A stretch of 53,930 nt of DNA, from the NCBI GenBank assembly GCA_039811685.1, contig JBDHZC010000010.1, forward strand, positions 1 through 53,930, read 5' to 3'. The number at the start of each line of letters is the position of its first letter. Within the stretch, counting starts at the first letter, position 1. A program made the translations under genes and the position numbers. The notes under the pieces are model-generated. The model searched no databases and had not been told where the DNA came from. It saw only the letters and a list, made by a program, of their open reading frames with translations. Below, piece by piece: positions 6,562-17,033 of this stretch. Origin of the DNA: Armatimonadota bacterium (lineage in GTDB: Bacteria; Armatimonadota; UBA5829; DSUL01).

Positions 6562-7182
6562 ATGTCCGACCCACCATGGCTCGATTGGGCCAAGAGAATC
6601 CAGGCGATTGGCCAGACCGGCCTTTATTACGCCAAGGACCCGTACGACCGCGAGCGCTACGAGCAGATACGCGAGATTGCAGCGGAGATGGTGGCGTACG
6701 GCGCTGAAGCGGACGTGCAGCATGTCCGGGATATCTTCTGTGCAGAGACGGGCTACGCGACTCCCAAAGTAGATGTCCGGGGTGTTGTCTTTCAAGAAGA
6801 CAGTGTGCTGCTGGTTCTGGAAGCGCTCGACGGTAAGTGGACTCTTCCAGGCGGCTGGGCAGACGTCAAACTCAGCCCATCTGAAAACGCTGTGAAGGAA
6901 GTGTTCGAAGAGTCCGGCTACGAAGTGCGGGCGGAGCGCCTGCTGGCGGTCTATGACAGAGACAAACACCCCCACCCGCCCGGGCCTTTTCACATCTACA
7001 AGATGTTTGTGGAGTGCCGTATCGTCGGCGGTGAGCCACGCCCGAGCAACGAGACGCTGGATGTGCGCTTCTTTCCCGTGGACGACCTTCCGGAGCTCTC
7101 TATCAGCCGTGTAACTGAAGAGGAGATCGGGCGGCTGCACACGCTGGTATCAAATGGGGAGATGCGAGCTGATCTGGACTGA
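6562..7182 (+). CDS. Nudix hydrolase with N-terminal helical domain (YjhB/ADP-ribose pyrophosphatase-like)
   Basis: AIGQTGLYY...DPYDRERY, GYATPKVDVRG, Nudix box GGWADVKLSPSENAVKEVFEESG. Confidence 0.9.
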   Translation: MSDPPWLDWAKRIQAIGQTGLYYAKDPYDRERYEQIREIAAEMVAYGAEADVQHVRDIFCAETGYATPKVDVRGVVFQEDSVLLVLEALDGKWTLPGGWADVKLSPSENAVKEVFEESGYEVRAERLLAVYDRDKHPHPPGPFHIYKMFVECRIVGGEPRPSNETLDVRFFPVDDLPELSISRVTEEEIGRLHTLVSNGEMRADLD

Positions 7183-7273
7183 CGCTCTCGCGGAGCTTGT
7201 GCTATGCTGAAACTTAGCCGTAGCGACGCAGTGGTCAGCGTTGGTAACGACTGTTATCAGGGGAGAGACAAAT

Positions 7274-8044
7274 ATGCTCACAGCAGAACAACTGGATTTT
7301 TACCGCGAGAACGGCTATGTCCTCGTAGCAGGACTTCTGACACCGGACGAAGCGGCTTTTTACCGCACAGAGTGTCACGACCTCGCGGAGCGTTTGAGTA
7401 AGAAGCACAACATTGACGCAACGTGGGGTTCCGCGAGAGCGGCGGTGAAGGGAGCAGAGCAGACTGTGATTCAGCACTGTCACGACGTGCAGTTCCAGTC
7501 GGCCGCTTTCAGCAAGCTGCTGGTGGATGACCGTCTGACCGGCCCGGCTTCGGATGTGATCGGGTCACCAAATGTGCAGCTTCACCACACGAAGATGTTC
7601 ATCAAGCCGCCTGAGAAGGGCTCTCCCTTCCCTATGCACCAGGATCACCCGTATTTCCCCCATGAGCGTCACTCGATGATGGCTGCGATCTTTCATTTTG
7701 ATGACGCTCCGCTTGAGCGCGGGTGTGTGTGCGTTGTCCCAGGCAGTCACAAACTGGGCCCGCTGGAGCATTCGTCCGACGGCGGGTGGCATCTGCCCTT
7801 TGACAAGTATCCTCTTGAGGCGGCGGTGGCTTGTCCGGCGAAAGCGGGGGATGTGCTGTTTTTCAGCTATCTGACAATTCATGGCTCTGGAGTTAACGTG
7901 TCTGACAAGCCCCGGACGACGTTGCTCGTTCAGATGCGCGATCCCACAGACCCGATGACCGTCAAGACGCATCTGTCCCGCGGGCAGGGCATGATGCTGC
8001 GCGGGATCGATCCGCTGGCTAGCACAGCGCCAATGGGAGCTTAG
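7274..8044 (+). CDS. Phytanoyl-CoA dioxygenase (PhyH) family Fe(II)/2OG oxygenase
   Basis: MLTAEQLDFYRENGY, HQD, VVPGSH, AGDVLFF...IHGS..N...R. Confidence 0.9.
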   Translation: MLTAEQLDFYRENGYVLVAGLLTPDEAAFYRTECHDLAERLSKKHNIDATWGSARAAVKGAEQTVIQHCHDVQFQSAAFSKLLVDDRLTGPASDVIGSPNVQLHHTKMFIKPPEKGSPFPMHQDHPYFPHERHSMMAAIFHFDDAPLERGCVCVVPGSHKLGPLEHSSDGGWHLPFDKYPLEAAVACPAKAGDVLFFSYLTIHGSGVNVSDKPRTTLLVQMRDPTDPMTVKTHLSRGQGMMLRGIDPLASTAPMGA

Positions 8045-8072
8045 GGAACGGAAAATCCGTCACTTTATCCGA

Positions 8073-8104
8073 AGAGCCCCGCACCGCCGGGGCTCTTTGT
8101 CTTT
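8073..8104 (+). terminator. Probable intrinsic terminator
   Basis: AGAGCCCCG/CGGGGCTCT stem followed by TTGTCTTT. Confidence 0.65.
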
Positions 8105-8231
8105 GCGGAGGACGGCAGCAGTCCAACAGCGAGAAGCCGCGAGCGAAAGGTGACCGGACAATAAGGCCGGGCACTTGTATGAGCGTCTATTCAGTGCTAT
8201 TGTGTCCCGTAGGAGAGGATTACCATCCAGC

Positions 8232-9188
8232 ATGGCTGTGCAAAGGCGAAACCACAAACTACCAGACCCGGCAAGTGACGACTGTGTGATTCAGAGCATT
8301 GTCGATGAGCTGTTTGCGTCTTACGAAGAGCTCGGCGGCATCAATCATCTGGAAGGCATCAATCTGCCCAACCGCCAGACGGTCGAGGCCATCACGTACG
8401 ATCTGCTCAAGCTGGTCTTTCCGGGATTTTATGAGGAGACCCGTCTGCGGTCCAACGCCCTGCGCTACCACATCGGAGCGCGCGTCAGCTCTCTGACGGA
8501 ACGCCTCTCTCGCGAAGTCCAGAAGAGTCTCAACTACGAACGAGAAGCCGAGGTCTCAGAGAAGGATTCCCGCAAGATTGTCTGCGACTTTCTGCGCTGC
8601 CTGCCAGCCATCCGCAGCCTGCTGCAAAAGGATGTGCAGGCCGCCTACGAAGGAGATCCGGCGGCTATCAGCGAGGAAGAGGTTATTCTGGCTTACCCGG
8701 GAGTTGAGGCTATCGGAGTTCAGCGGCTGGCCCATCACCTTTACCAGCAGGGAGTCCGCCTGATTCCCCGTATGATGACGGAGATTGCGCACGCCAGCAC
8801 CGGTATAGACATTCACCCCGGCGCTTCCATTGGGGAGTATCTCTTTATCGATCACGGCACAGGAGTGGTGATCGGCGAAACCTGCTCCATTGGCCACCAT
8901 GTGAAAATCTACCAGGGTGTGACTCTGGGCGCGAAAAGTTTCAAGAAGGATGAGAGCGGCCGGATCGTCAAGGGTGGAAAGCGGCATCCGACCATCGAAG
9001 ACGACGTGACCATCTACGCAGGCGCGACAATCCTCGGAGGGGACACGGTCATCGGGCGCTCGTCTGTCATCGGCGGCAACGTGTGGTTGTTGGAGAGCGT
9101 GGCGCCCTACAGCCTTGTCACCTACGAAGAGGGCGAGACCCGCACTGTCAGCATGGTCAGCGATACAGAAGTCGGCGGGGGTATCTAG
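8232..9188 (+). CDS. cysE: Serine O-acetyltransferase (long EpsC-type)
   Basis: [49 protein letters not shown]. Confidence 0.92.
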   Translation: MAVQRRNHKLPDPASDDCVIQSIVDELFASYEELGGINHLEGINLPNRQTVEAITYDLLKLVFPGFYEETRLRSNALRYHIGARVSSLTERLSREVQKSLNYEREAEVSEKDSRKIVCDFLRCLPAIRSLLQKDVQAAYEGDPAAISEEEVILAYPGVEAIGVQRLAHHLYQQGVRLIPRMMTEIAHASTGIDIHPGASIGEYLFIDHGTGVVIGETCSIGHHVKIYQGVTLGAKSFKKDESGRIVKGGKRHPTIEDDVTIYAGATILGGDTVIGRSSVIGGNVWLLESVAPYSLVTYEEGETRTVSMVSDTEVGGGI

Positions 9189-9189
9189 G

Positions 9190-10020
9190 CTATCTGGAGA
9201 GCAGGGACGTCTGCCGAAACGCCTCCGATATACCTCTTAGATGCATCAAGTGGTCGTCTCCCGTGGTCCCTTCATAGGAGCGGACGTGAAAGCGCCCCAG
9301 GTCTGCCTTTGACTCCAGTGTCATTGCCGTTGCGTCCACGCCCGAAGCCGGAACCCGAACAGCGCCAACAGCCGCGATGAGGGCGTCGGCGGTCTCGATT
9401 GTGCTGGCATATGTCCCGGGGACGAGCTGTGAATGTGTGACAATCATCGTCCCGTTGTTCTGGGCAGCACGCTTCGCGAAGGCGACAAAATCTTTCATCT
9501 GAGTTGGATCAGGAACGCGATGGCCATTAACCGTCGCATAGCTCGCATAGAGTGAGTCCGCCAGGACCACATCCGTCACAAGAGAGAAGTACAGTGGCGA
9601 CTTCAGGATCTCTCGTATCGCGGCATACCCGGCACTGAAAGAGCTCAAGACCAGACGGCGTACGCGCAGTGGCCTGCCCTCCCGTGCTGACATTTTCTGC
9701 CTTGCTTCCACGACGATTTGCCCAAAAAGGCCTGAGTTGCTGAAGGGCTTCTGGTAGGCGCTCGACAACCCCGAGTAGTTGATGACAACAAGCGCCGCTG
9801 CTTTTCCGGAGCGGGTAAAGTTGGTTTTGACTGTATCGTCCGCTCCGTGAAAGTGAATCAGCAGATCCAACTGATTGCCTCGCGTACTGTAGTCTTCCGG
9901 AACGTAGAGCACACCCGTTGAGAGCGGATAGCGGGCATAGATGACGTCGTCTGCGTACGCCGATGAAACAAGGGCGGCTGCCGCACAGAGAATTATGAGT
10001 ACAGGGTTAGCAAAGCGCAT
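9190..10020 (-). CDS. Secreted alpha/beta-hydrolase-like hypothetical protein
   Basis: Signal peptide; IHFHG and nucleophile-elbow-like SSFSAGYAA; LADSLY. Confidence 0.7.
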   Translation of the reverse strand: MRFANPVLIILCAAAALVSSAYADDVIYARYPLSTGVLYVPEDYSTRGNQLDLLIHFHGADDTVKTNFTRSGKAAALVVINYSGLSSAYQKPFSNSGLFGQIVVEARQKMSAREGRPLRVRRLVLSSFSAGYAAIREILKSPLYFSLVTDVVLADSLYASYATVNGHRVPDPTQMKDFVAFAKRAAQNNGTMIVTHSQLVPGTYASTIETADALIAAVGAVRVPASGVDATAMTLESKADLGRFHVRSYEGTTGDDHLMHLRGISEAFRQTSLLSR

Positions 10021-10145
10021 ATTTCAGGTCCATTGTCCAGCACGGAAGGTTTCAGTCATTTCTGATTCCGCGCAAGTCCGGTAGTCAGTGACAGCTCCTC
10101 GGGCTATCATCCAGAGTAGTCAATACTTCAAGGATACCATGCCAC

Positions 10146-10982
10146 ATGATTCTCGGCGCTCACCGTAGCACTGCTGGCGGCCTGTGGAACGCGGCAGAGT
10201 CTGGCCGCGCGATAGGCTGCGATGCGATTCAGATTTTCACCCGGCAACCTCAGCGCTGGGCGCATCGCCCGATTGAGGACGCGGAAGCAGACAGGTTCCG
10301 GCAGGCTTGTGCAGACAACAACATTTCGTGCGTGGTGGCTCATGACATCTACCTGACCAATCTGGCTTCACCTAATGACGAGCTGCGCCAGAAGTCCCTC
10401 GACAGTTGCATAGACGAGCTCGGACGCTGCCAGAAGCTTGGCATCCCCTATCTGGTGATGCACTGCGGCTCGCATGAAGGCTGTGAAGAGGAGGTGGGAA
10501 TTCGGCGCTTCTCGGAAGCGGTTCAGCAGGCTCTGGATACCGGGAACGGCCCGGATGTGAAGATTCTGCTGGAAACCACAGCCGGTCAGGGCAAAGCGCT
10601 CGGGTGGACTTTCGAGCAGCTTGCCCGGCTCCTTGAGGGCATCAACCGGTCGCAGTCAACGGGCGCCTGCCTTGACACGTGCCACGTTTTCGCGGCGGGC
10701 TACGACATCTCAACGGCTGAAGGCTACAGCGAGACAATGCACAAGTTTGATAAAGTTATTGGCTTAAATCTGTTACACGCCGTGCACTGCAACGACTCCA
10801 AGAAAGCGCTGGGCTCCCGGCGCGACAGGCATGAGAACATCGGTGAAGGCGAGATTGGGGAGGAAGCTTTCCGGCAGCTTGTGAATGACTCCCGGCTGGC
10901 AGACATCCCAATTCTGCTTGAGACACCGGACCTGGAAAGACACGAGGAAGACCTGAAGAAGCTGCGCAGCTTTATGCTATAG
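10146..10982 (+). CDS. nfo: Endonuclease IV (AP endonuclease)
   Basis: LGAH.S.AGG, LLETTAGQG, CLDTCHVFAAGYD, HCNDSK..LGSRRDRHENIGEG, LETP. Confidence 0.95.
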   Translation: MILGAHRSTAGGLWNAAESGRAIGCDAIQIFTRQPQRWAHRPIEDAEADRFRQACADNNISCVVAHDIYLTNLASPNDELRQKSLDSCIDELGRCQKLGIPYLVMHCGSHEGCEEEVGIRRFSEAVQQALDTGNGPDVKILLETTAGQGKALGWTFEQLARLLEGINRSQSTGACLDTCHVFAAGYDISTAEGYSETMHKFDKVIGLNLLHAVHCNDSKKALGSRRDRHENIGEGEIGEEAFRQLVNDSRLADIPILLETPDLERHEEDLKKLRSFML

Positions 10983-11157
10983 CGCGCTCGAAGCGCACAC
11001 AACATTGGCGGGAGCGACGCTCCGGAGATGCGCTCGTGGGAAATAGAGGTCGAAAAAGCATGCCAGAGACGCAGCTTCAGAGTGTAGAATAGCGCTACCA
11101 CACATAGCCTGTACTGGAACATGCTTTGTATGCATGCGGTCGGACAAGGGGATTGAA

Positions 11158-11694
11158 ATGAAGAGAAGTGAAATTCGGCAAGCTCAGACCAGAGCGTTGG
11201 AATTCTTTGAAAAAGCCTCCATTACACTGACGGACGAAGAGAGAGCGCGGATCGAGGTCGCGGACTTTGGCCTGAACGACCTGGCAAACCAGGGGCTGGA
11301 GATTCTCACCTATGTGAACACCGAGCGGTGTTGCGCCAAAGAGCTTGTACTGTTCCCCAATCAAGCCTGCCCGGAACACATGCACCCGCCCGTCGGCGCT
11401 GACCCAGGCAAGGAGGAGACGTTTCGTTGCCGCTGGGGCGAGGTATTCCTCTATGTGGATGGTCCGCCGAGCGAGACGATCAGCGCCGAGCTGCCCTCAG
11501 AATGGTGTCGCGTGCGCAAAGAAGTGCACCTGAGACCGGGAGACCAGTATACGCTCACACCCGGAACCAAGCACTGGTTCAAGGCCGGCTCACAGGGAGC
11601 TGTCGTGTCTGAGTTTTCAACGCGCAGTCGCGACGAAGCCGACGTCTTCACAGATCCAAACGTGGTCCGGCTTCCAGAAATCGAAGAAGACTAG
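11158..11694 (+). CDS. D-lyxose/D-mannose isomerase (cupin)
   Basis: ADFGL, YVNTERCCAKEL, CPEHMHP, GKEETFRCRWG, HWFKAG, SEFST. Confidence 0.9.
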   Translation: MKRSEIRQAQTRALEFFEKASITLTDEERARIEVADFGLNDLANQGLEILTYVNTERCCAKELVLFPNQACPEHMHPPVGADPGKEETFRCRWGEVFLYVDGPPSETISAELPSEWCRVRKEVHLRPGDQYTLTPGTKHWFKAGSQGAVVSEFSTRSRDEADVFTDPNVVRLPEIEED

Positions 11695-11784
11695 CGCTGG
11701 ATTGAGCCTGATTTATCTGCGGGAGAATTCCGGCGGGCGATTTGTAGTAACTGAACACCTGCTACAGTGTGCAGGGAGAGTCAC

Positions 11785-12447
11785 ATGAAAGTGCTGGTGA
11801 CTGGAGCGGCGAGCATTCTCGGATCTGAATTTGTGCAGCGCTACGGCGACCAATACGATCTGCGCCTGAGCGATACGAATCCGTCTGACGTCTTGAGTTA
11901 CAGCCACGCCCAGGACTGGTGGCAGGGAGAGCTTGCGGATGTGAGCTTTGTTCAGGCGCTTGTTCAGGGCGCAGACGCCATTGTTCACCTGCCCTCTGGC
12001 CATGGAGCAGATGCCTGGACCGAAGCGCCTCTCCAGGAAAGGATGCTGATGACCAACAACGTGTTTCAGGCTGCCCGCGAAGCCTTTGTCAAGCGCGTTG
12101 TGACTGTTGCCTGCACGCAGAGTCCACCGGTAGCGAAGCTGGAGATGATGCCTCCACCAAACATATCCAGAGAGCTTCCAGGTTTGAAACGCGCGTTTGG
12201 AAGCTGGACTGAAGCTCTGTGTTCCGTTTACAGCGGAAAGGGCATCCAGTGCGCGGCAATCCGAATGGAGCCAGAGGCCCACTCCCTGGCAAGTTGCGCC
12301 GAGATTATCCACAACACGCTGCAGGCCGAGGACTTCAAATTGCGCATTCTCCAACCGGACCCTTACAACACGGAGGCATTCGTTGACGTCATTCGGCTTG
12401 AGCCTGATCTGCCGCAGGAAGCAGCGGGACACGCAAGAGGTTTTTGA
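11785..12447 (+). CDS. Degenerate NAD-dependent epimerase/dehydratase-like protein
   Basis: MKVLVTGAASILGS Rossmann start; colinear with the downstream paralogue but no YxxxK. Confidence 0.7.
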   Translation: MKVLVTGAASILGSEFVQRYGDQYDLRLSDTNPSDVLSYSHAQDWWQGELADVSFVQALVQGADAIVHLPSGHGADAWTEAPLQERMLMTNNVFQAAREAFVKRVVTVACTQSPPVAKLEMMPPPNISRELPGLKRAFGSWTEALCSVYSGKGIQCAAIRMEPEAHSLASCAEIIHNTLQAEDFKLRILQPDPYNTEAFVDVIRLEPDLPQEAAGHARGF

Positions 12448-12550
12448 GTATGCGCAGCAGTCACTCAGACGTACGATATGACTCTGGCGTATCCAATGAC
12501 GCACCCCGCGCGAGAAAGATAGTCCCTGTATCTGATGTGCTGGTGACAGA

Positions 12551-13261
12551 ATGAAACTTGTGGTTACAGGCGCGGCTGGCAGAATTGGGTCCACGTTTAT
12601 CAGGCTTTGCGGCACAAACTACGACCTGACACTCACGGATCGATGGCGCCCGTGGCAGGAACTATCTGATTCGAACTGGCTGATCGGCGACATCTGTGAC
12701 GAGAAGTTTTTGGCGGAGTTGTTTTGCGACGCCGACGCGGTGCTGCATCTGGCCGGCAATCCGGGCTGCCGTTCACCGCTGGAGGATCTCTGGAAGCCCA
12801 ACGTCCTTGGGGCTATGGCGGTCTTCAAGACAGCTTTTGAATGCGGTGTCAGGAGAGTGGTGTTCGCTTCGAGTATTCACTCCGTTCTGGGATACCCGCC
12901 GGGTGACCCTGTTCCGCCGGAGTGGCCCGCGCATCCGAGGAATCTCTACGGGGCGACGAAGGTTTTCGCTGAGCAGTTGTGCCGCGCCTACGCAGAGGCG
13001 GGAATGTCCTGTCTGGCCGTGCGAATCGGGGCCTTTTCTCCAGTACCTACCAATGGCGCGAGATGGCAGGGAGAAGGCGCGAGGCAGTTCATCAGCGAGG
13101 AAGACCTTTGCCAACTCCTGCACCGGGCACTGAATGCGCCGGAATCTTTGCGCTTTGGAATCTTCCACGGCGTGAGCGATAACGCGGAGAAGCGGCTCGA
13201 CATCACTTCTACCGTTGAAACGCTGGGCTACTCGCCAGTCCACGGCGCAGGCCCGCCATGA
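12551..13261 (+). CDS. NAD-dependent epimerase/dehydratase (uronate dehydrogenase-like extended SDR)
   Basis: VTGAAGRIG, HLAG, VFASS, YGATK, VRIG. Confidence 0.88.
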   Translation: MKLVVTGAAGRIGSTFIRLCGTNYDLTLTDRWRPWQELSDSNWLIGDICDEKFLAELFCDADAVLHLAGNPGCRSPLEDLWKPNVLGAMAVFKTAFECGVRRVVFASSIHSVLGYPPGDPVPPEWPAHPRNLYGATKVFAEQLCRAYAEAGMSCLAVRIGAFSPVPTNGARWQGEGARQFISEEDLCQLLHRALNAPESLRFGIFHGVSDNAEKRLDITSTVETLGYSPVHGAGPP

Positions 13262-13369
13262 CGGAAAAGTGAAGGCCCATCAACCTGCGGACAACTGGGA
13301 CGAACAGGCCAGGCGAGAGCCGCGCGCCTGCGGCTGGAATTTTCTCACCTTTCAAAAAGCAGTGCCGCT

Positions 13370-13801
13370 ATGTCTCGACTGACTGGGATTGCTATTCTAC
13401 TGGCGACGCTCGCTCCGGTCCCGGGCAGCTACTTTACGCTGATGGCTACGCTGCAGGCGACCGGAATCCACGACCTGCGCCAATTCTTCTCACAGGCCAA
13501 GGCTCACTCTCTCATCACGCACGGAGCAAACATAGACCTGCCGACGTGGGCTTTCTTGCTGATGGGCCTTCTGATCTGGTGTGTGGGACTGTACGTTTTC
13601 TATCTCATCCACATCTCGCAAAACACTCGTATCTCCAGCAAAGAAAAGCAGGCCTGGTACCTCACTCTTGTTCTCGGACACCTGGTCATGCCGCTTAATC
13701 TGATCGCCATGACGCGGTACTGGTACAAATCCATCTGGCGTCCATCGCCACAAGGCGATCTGCGGGTGATTGAGGACGCAACCTCCACGAAGCAGACTTG
13801 A
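13370..13801 (+). CDS. Hypothetical membrane protein
   Basis: 143-aa ORF with about three hydrophobic segments, co-oriented with its neighbours. Confidence 0.65.
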   Translation: MSRLTGIAILLATLAPVPGSYFTLMATLQATGIHDLRQFFSQAKAHSLITHGANIDLPTWAFLLMGLLIWCVGLYVFYLIHISQNTRISSKEKQAWYLTLVLGHLVMPLNLIAMTRYWYKSIWRPSPQGDLRVIEDATSTKQT

Positions 13802-13944
13802 CTTTGGACGGTGACACAAACTGACAAAGTGATGACAGGCCGGATATGCCGCGAGATAATGGCCGTCTTGTTCAGTTGGCGTACACTATAGAAAGGTGAG
13901 GGCAGCTCACGCAGTGATCGCCCGCACAAAGAGGAGGAGGTCAT

Positions 13945-14853
13945 ATGGCTCTCACAGACGAGAGGCTCCACGATCGGGGCCGATTATGTATCAGCGACGA
14001 AGAAAAGCAGGCGTTTCTGGACAACGGATTTCTGGTTCTGAAAAACGTCCTCAGCGCGGAGGAATTGAAGCAGATGCGCCAGGCTATGGACAGCCTGATG
14101 GCGCCCGCGACGCATCATGTTCTCGACGATCCAGACTACTTCTACTCTCCGGGCCATAAGACCGGCCGCAAAGTGTTGAACCGCATCGAGTACGTCATCG
14201 ACAAGACAGAACCAGCCAAAGCGCTGCTGGGGCACCCGTTTATTCTGCGCTCTGTTGAAAAGATTATGGGGCCGGACCTGATTCCGACCTGGGACTCGAT
14301 GGTTCTGAAGATGCCGGGAGAAGGCATTGTCGTGCCCTGGCACAGAGATGCAGGGGTCGAGCAGCAGGGCGATACGCCCATCTTTAATGTGGACTTCTAC
14401 CTGGATGACGCCGATCTGGACACTTGCCTGTGGGCCTACCCTGGCAGTCAACGCTGGCCTCAGGAAGACATTGACGCGATCGTTAGGCGGGAGGGCTTTG
14501 CAACCGAGGGCGCGACGCCCATTCCAATGGAAGCCGGAGACGTGCTGTTCCACAATATCCTAGTGCTGCACGGCTCCCCGCCTAACTCCTCAGATAAACT
14601 GCGGCGCGTGGTCTATTATGAGTTCCGCACCGCCCACACCGAGAATGAAATCGGACCGCACGCACCCAGCTACATCCCACTGAAACAGAAGGTGCTGATG
14701 CGCTGTCTGGAAAAACGCGCTGCGTGCGAATACGCTGGGGAAGAAGAGGCTTTCGTGTACCAGCCGCCGGCTCCGTGGAATGTCAACTGGACGCCAGGAG
14801 AAGAATTGGCAACCTACAGGTACCCACACGCGCAGTACTGGCGCAATCAATAA
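13945..14853 (+). CDS. Phytanoyl-CoA dioxygenase (PhyH) family protein
   Basis: FLDNGFLVLKNVLS, WHRD, PGSQ, AGDVLFH...HGS..N...R; strong GAGGAGG RBS. Confidence 0.9.
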   Translation: MALTDERLHDRGRLCISDEEKQAFLDNGFLVLKNVLSAEELKQMRQAMDSLMAPATHHVLDDPDYFYSPGHKTGRKVLNRIEYVIDKTEPAKALLGHPFILRSVEKIMGPDLIPTWDSMVLKMPGEGIVVPWHRDAGVEQQGDTPIFNVDFYLDDADLDTCLWAYPGSQRWPQEDIDAIVRREGFATEGATPIPMEAGDVLFHNILVLHGSPPNSSDKLRRVVYYEFRTAHTENEIGPHAPSYIPLKQKVLMRCLEKRAACEYAGEEEAFVYQPPAPWNVNWTPGEELATYRYPHAQYWRNQ

Positions 14854-15120
14854 CGGCCATTTACGCTCAGGCCTTCAATTAGAGATACCTGCCCGGGCCG
14901 CCATCTCTCCCAGTGAGTTGTAGATGTGCGGCCCCAGGCTCACCGCCTCATCTTCAGCAAGGCTGACTCCTCACACGTGTGACAGAGCATAAGCTCAGCG
15001 CGTCTGCTCCAGCCGCTGCTCAGACGCCAGCGACCGCAGTTTCTTTTGTCCAGCGCAGAACGCTCTATCCTCCAAATCTTTGCTCATCTGCCGAAAATAG
15101 TACTCAACAGGAGCTGCGCA

Positions 15121-16032
15121 ATGGACAATAGCACCAATACAGACAAGACAATCGTCATCGTTGACGACGATCCTGAGATGATCCAGCTTGCCACGGGAAC
15201 ACTGGAGGCTAAAGGCTTTCGTGTGTCACACGCAAAGAGCTATGAAGAGTTCTTTCAATCTTCGGGACAAACGAACTCCACTACCGATATTTTTGTGTGC
15301 GAGGCGGCCCTGTTTCTCGTATCCCTTGACCTGAAAGACGGTCAGGGGCTGAAGATTGTTGAGTGGCTTCAGGGGTGTGAGCGATGGGCGGATGTCCCGA
15401 TCACAGCGTTGGTCTCGGAAGAAACTCTGCCACAGGTACTTCCCGCCTCATACTTCGGCGCGCACGAGTATCTCGTGAAGGATATTGACGCCCAGACTCT
15501 CTCCCGGCACGTGACGCATACACTCAAAGGGATCGCGCCAGCGTTTGGGTCCGAGCTTCCTTCGGTCACTTTCAGCCTTGCCGATCTGCTGGCCAAAGAA
15601 ATCAGCCGGGCCAAGCGCACGGACTTGCCAGTTTCGTTGATGATGTGCAGTTTTGTGCCTGTCCCGGCTGCCTCTCACCATCTCAGGCACGGCATGGACG
15701 CGCAGTGGGCGGATCGGGCCGTGGAGATTTGCCGCAGAAGCATCCGCGAATGCGATACAGTCCTCAGCGTTGGACGGGACACATTTCTGGCAATTCTTCC
15801 GCTGACTGCCAAGCCGGGACTGTCCGTCATCGAAACGAGGCTTCACGACAATCTGCGCCATCACCTGAGGGCTGCAAAAACGGAGTTTGGACAAGATATC
15901 CAGCTTGTCAGCGCCGGGGCATGCGCCCCTGAGGAAGCGGAAGACTGGCGCACGTTTGTTGACCTTGCGCGTATCCGGCTGCGAGTGGCCATTGAAGACC
16001 GCTGCCGGCCTTCAGAGCCCCGTGCTGCATAA
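15121..16032 (+). CDS. Response-regulator receiver plus degenerate GGDEF domain protein
   Basis: IVIVDDD receiver start; EISRAKR..LPVSLMM, RECD and GRDTF in place of GGDEF. Confidence 0.8.
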   Translation: MDNSTNTDKTIVIVDDDPEMIQLATGTLEAKGFRVSHAKSYEEFFQSSGQTNSTTDIFVCEAALFLVSLDLKDGQGLKIVEWLQGCERWADVPITALVSEETLPQVLPASYFGAHEYLVKDIDAQTLSRHVTHTLKGIAPAFGSELPSVTFSLADLLAKEISRAKRTDLPVSLMMCSFVPVPAASHHLRHGMDAQWADRAVEICRRSIRECDTVLSVGRDTFLAILPLTAKPGLSVIETRLHDNLRHHLRAAKTEFGQDIQLVSAGACAPEEAEDWRTFVDLARIRLRVAIEDRCRPSEPRAA

Positions 16033-16108
16033 AAGACCACTCTGGCCTTAACGGCCTGGAACCGGCTATAAGAGAGTGTCATTCCAAAAGCGCTCAGGAG
16101 CCGGACAT

Positions 16109-16900
16109 TTGGCCAACTTCACTGCCGAAAAGCAATTTCTCCTCGATGTCTCCCGCGAAGCCGGGGCTCTTCTTCTCAGCTTTTTCGGGCATATCAAGAC
16201 ATGGGAGATCAAATCCAGCCGCGGCGATATTGTCACCGAAGCCGATCGCGCTGCTGAGGATCTGGTTCTCACACGTCTGGAAGCTGAGTTTCCAGGACAT
16301 AACCTCCTGAGCGAAGAGCGCGGGTGGGTGCGCCACGATGAGGCCGCACCGATCTGGGTGCTGGACCCGCTGGATGGTACCCGCAATTTCGCCCTGGGCA
16401 TTCCAACGTTTGCAGTTTCTCTTGCATGCCTGGTCAACGGACGCCCTGTTCTTGGAGCGATCTACGATCCCGTTCACGACGATATGTACCTTGCTCAGGC
16501 AAACTGCGGAGCATGGTTGAACGAAAACCGCCTTACCGTCTCTGATCAGCCTGACCTCTCTGAGGCAATGGTCTCTGTAAGCTGGTCTCCCAGGCGCAAG
16601 GACAAGGAACTCTACATCCGCACCGTGAACAGGATCAACGCGCACACGTCGTGGTTTCGCAGGATCGGCTCGGCGGCTATGGTGATGGCTTATCTGGCCA
16701 GCGGCCGATGGGACGCCTACGTTCAGGGTGGGATCAACCCGTGGGACATTGCGGCTGGAGTGATCCTGATTACCGAAGCGGGCGGCATTGTGTCCGACTT
16801 CCAGGGCGAAGATGTTGACATCCTCTCGGATGATATCAACCTCCTGGCCGCAAATCCAGCAATCCACAGACAGCTTGTGCGGGAGATTATGGCTGACTGA
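16109..16900 (+). CDS. Inositol monophosphatase family protein
   Basis: VTEAD, SEE, WVLDPLDGTRNF, RRIGSAA, WDIAAG. Confidence 0.92.
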   Translation: MANFTAEKQFLLDVSREAGALLLSFFGHIKTWEIKSSRGDIVTEADRAAEDLVLTRLEAEFPGHNLLSEERGWVRHDEAAPIWVLDPLDGTRNFALGIPTFAVSLACLVNGRPVLGAIYDPVHDDMYLAQANCGAWLNENRLTVSDQPDLSEAMVSVSWSPRRKDKELYIRTVNRINAHTSWFRRIGSAAMVMAYLASGRWDAYVQGGINPWDIAAGVILITEAGGIVSDFQGEDVDILSDDINLLAANPAIHRQLVREIMAD

Positions 16901-17033
16901 CCTTCGGCAACCACTCGCGCAAGGAACACTGCGTTTCTCCTGCAGTCCGGTTCGAAGAGCGTCGCGTTGACTTGACAGTGCGCGCAACGAGTGCCATTCT
17001 CCTCTTGAGGAGCGCACTGGAGGTTAGCGTGTT

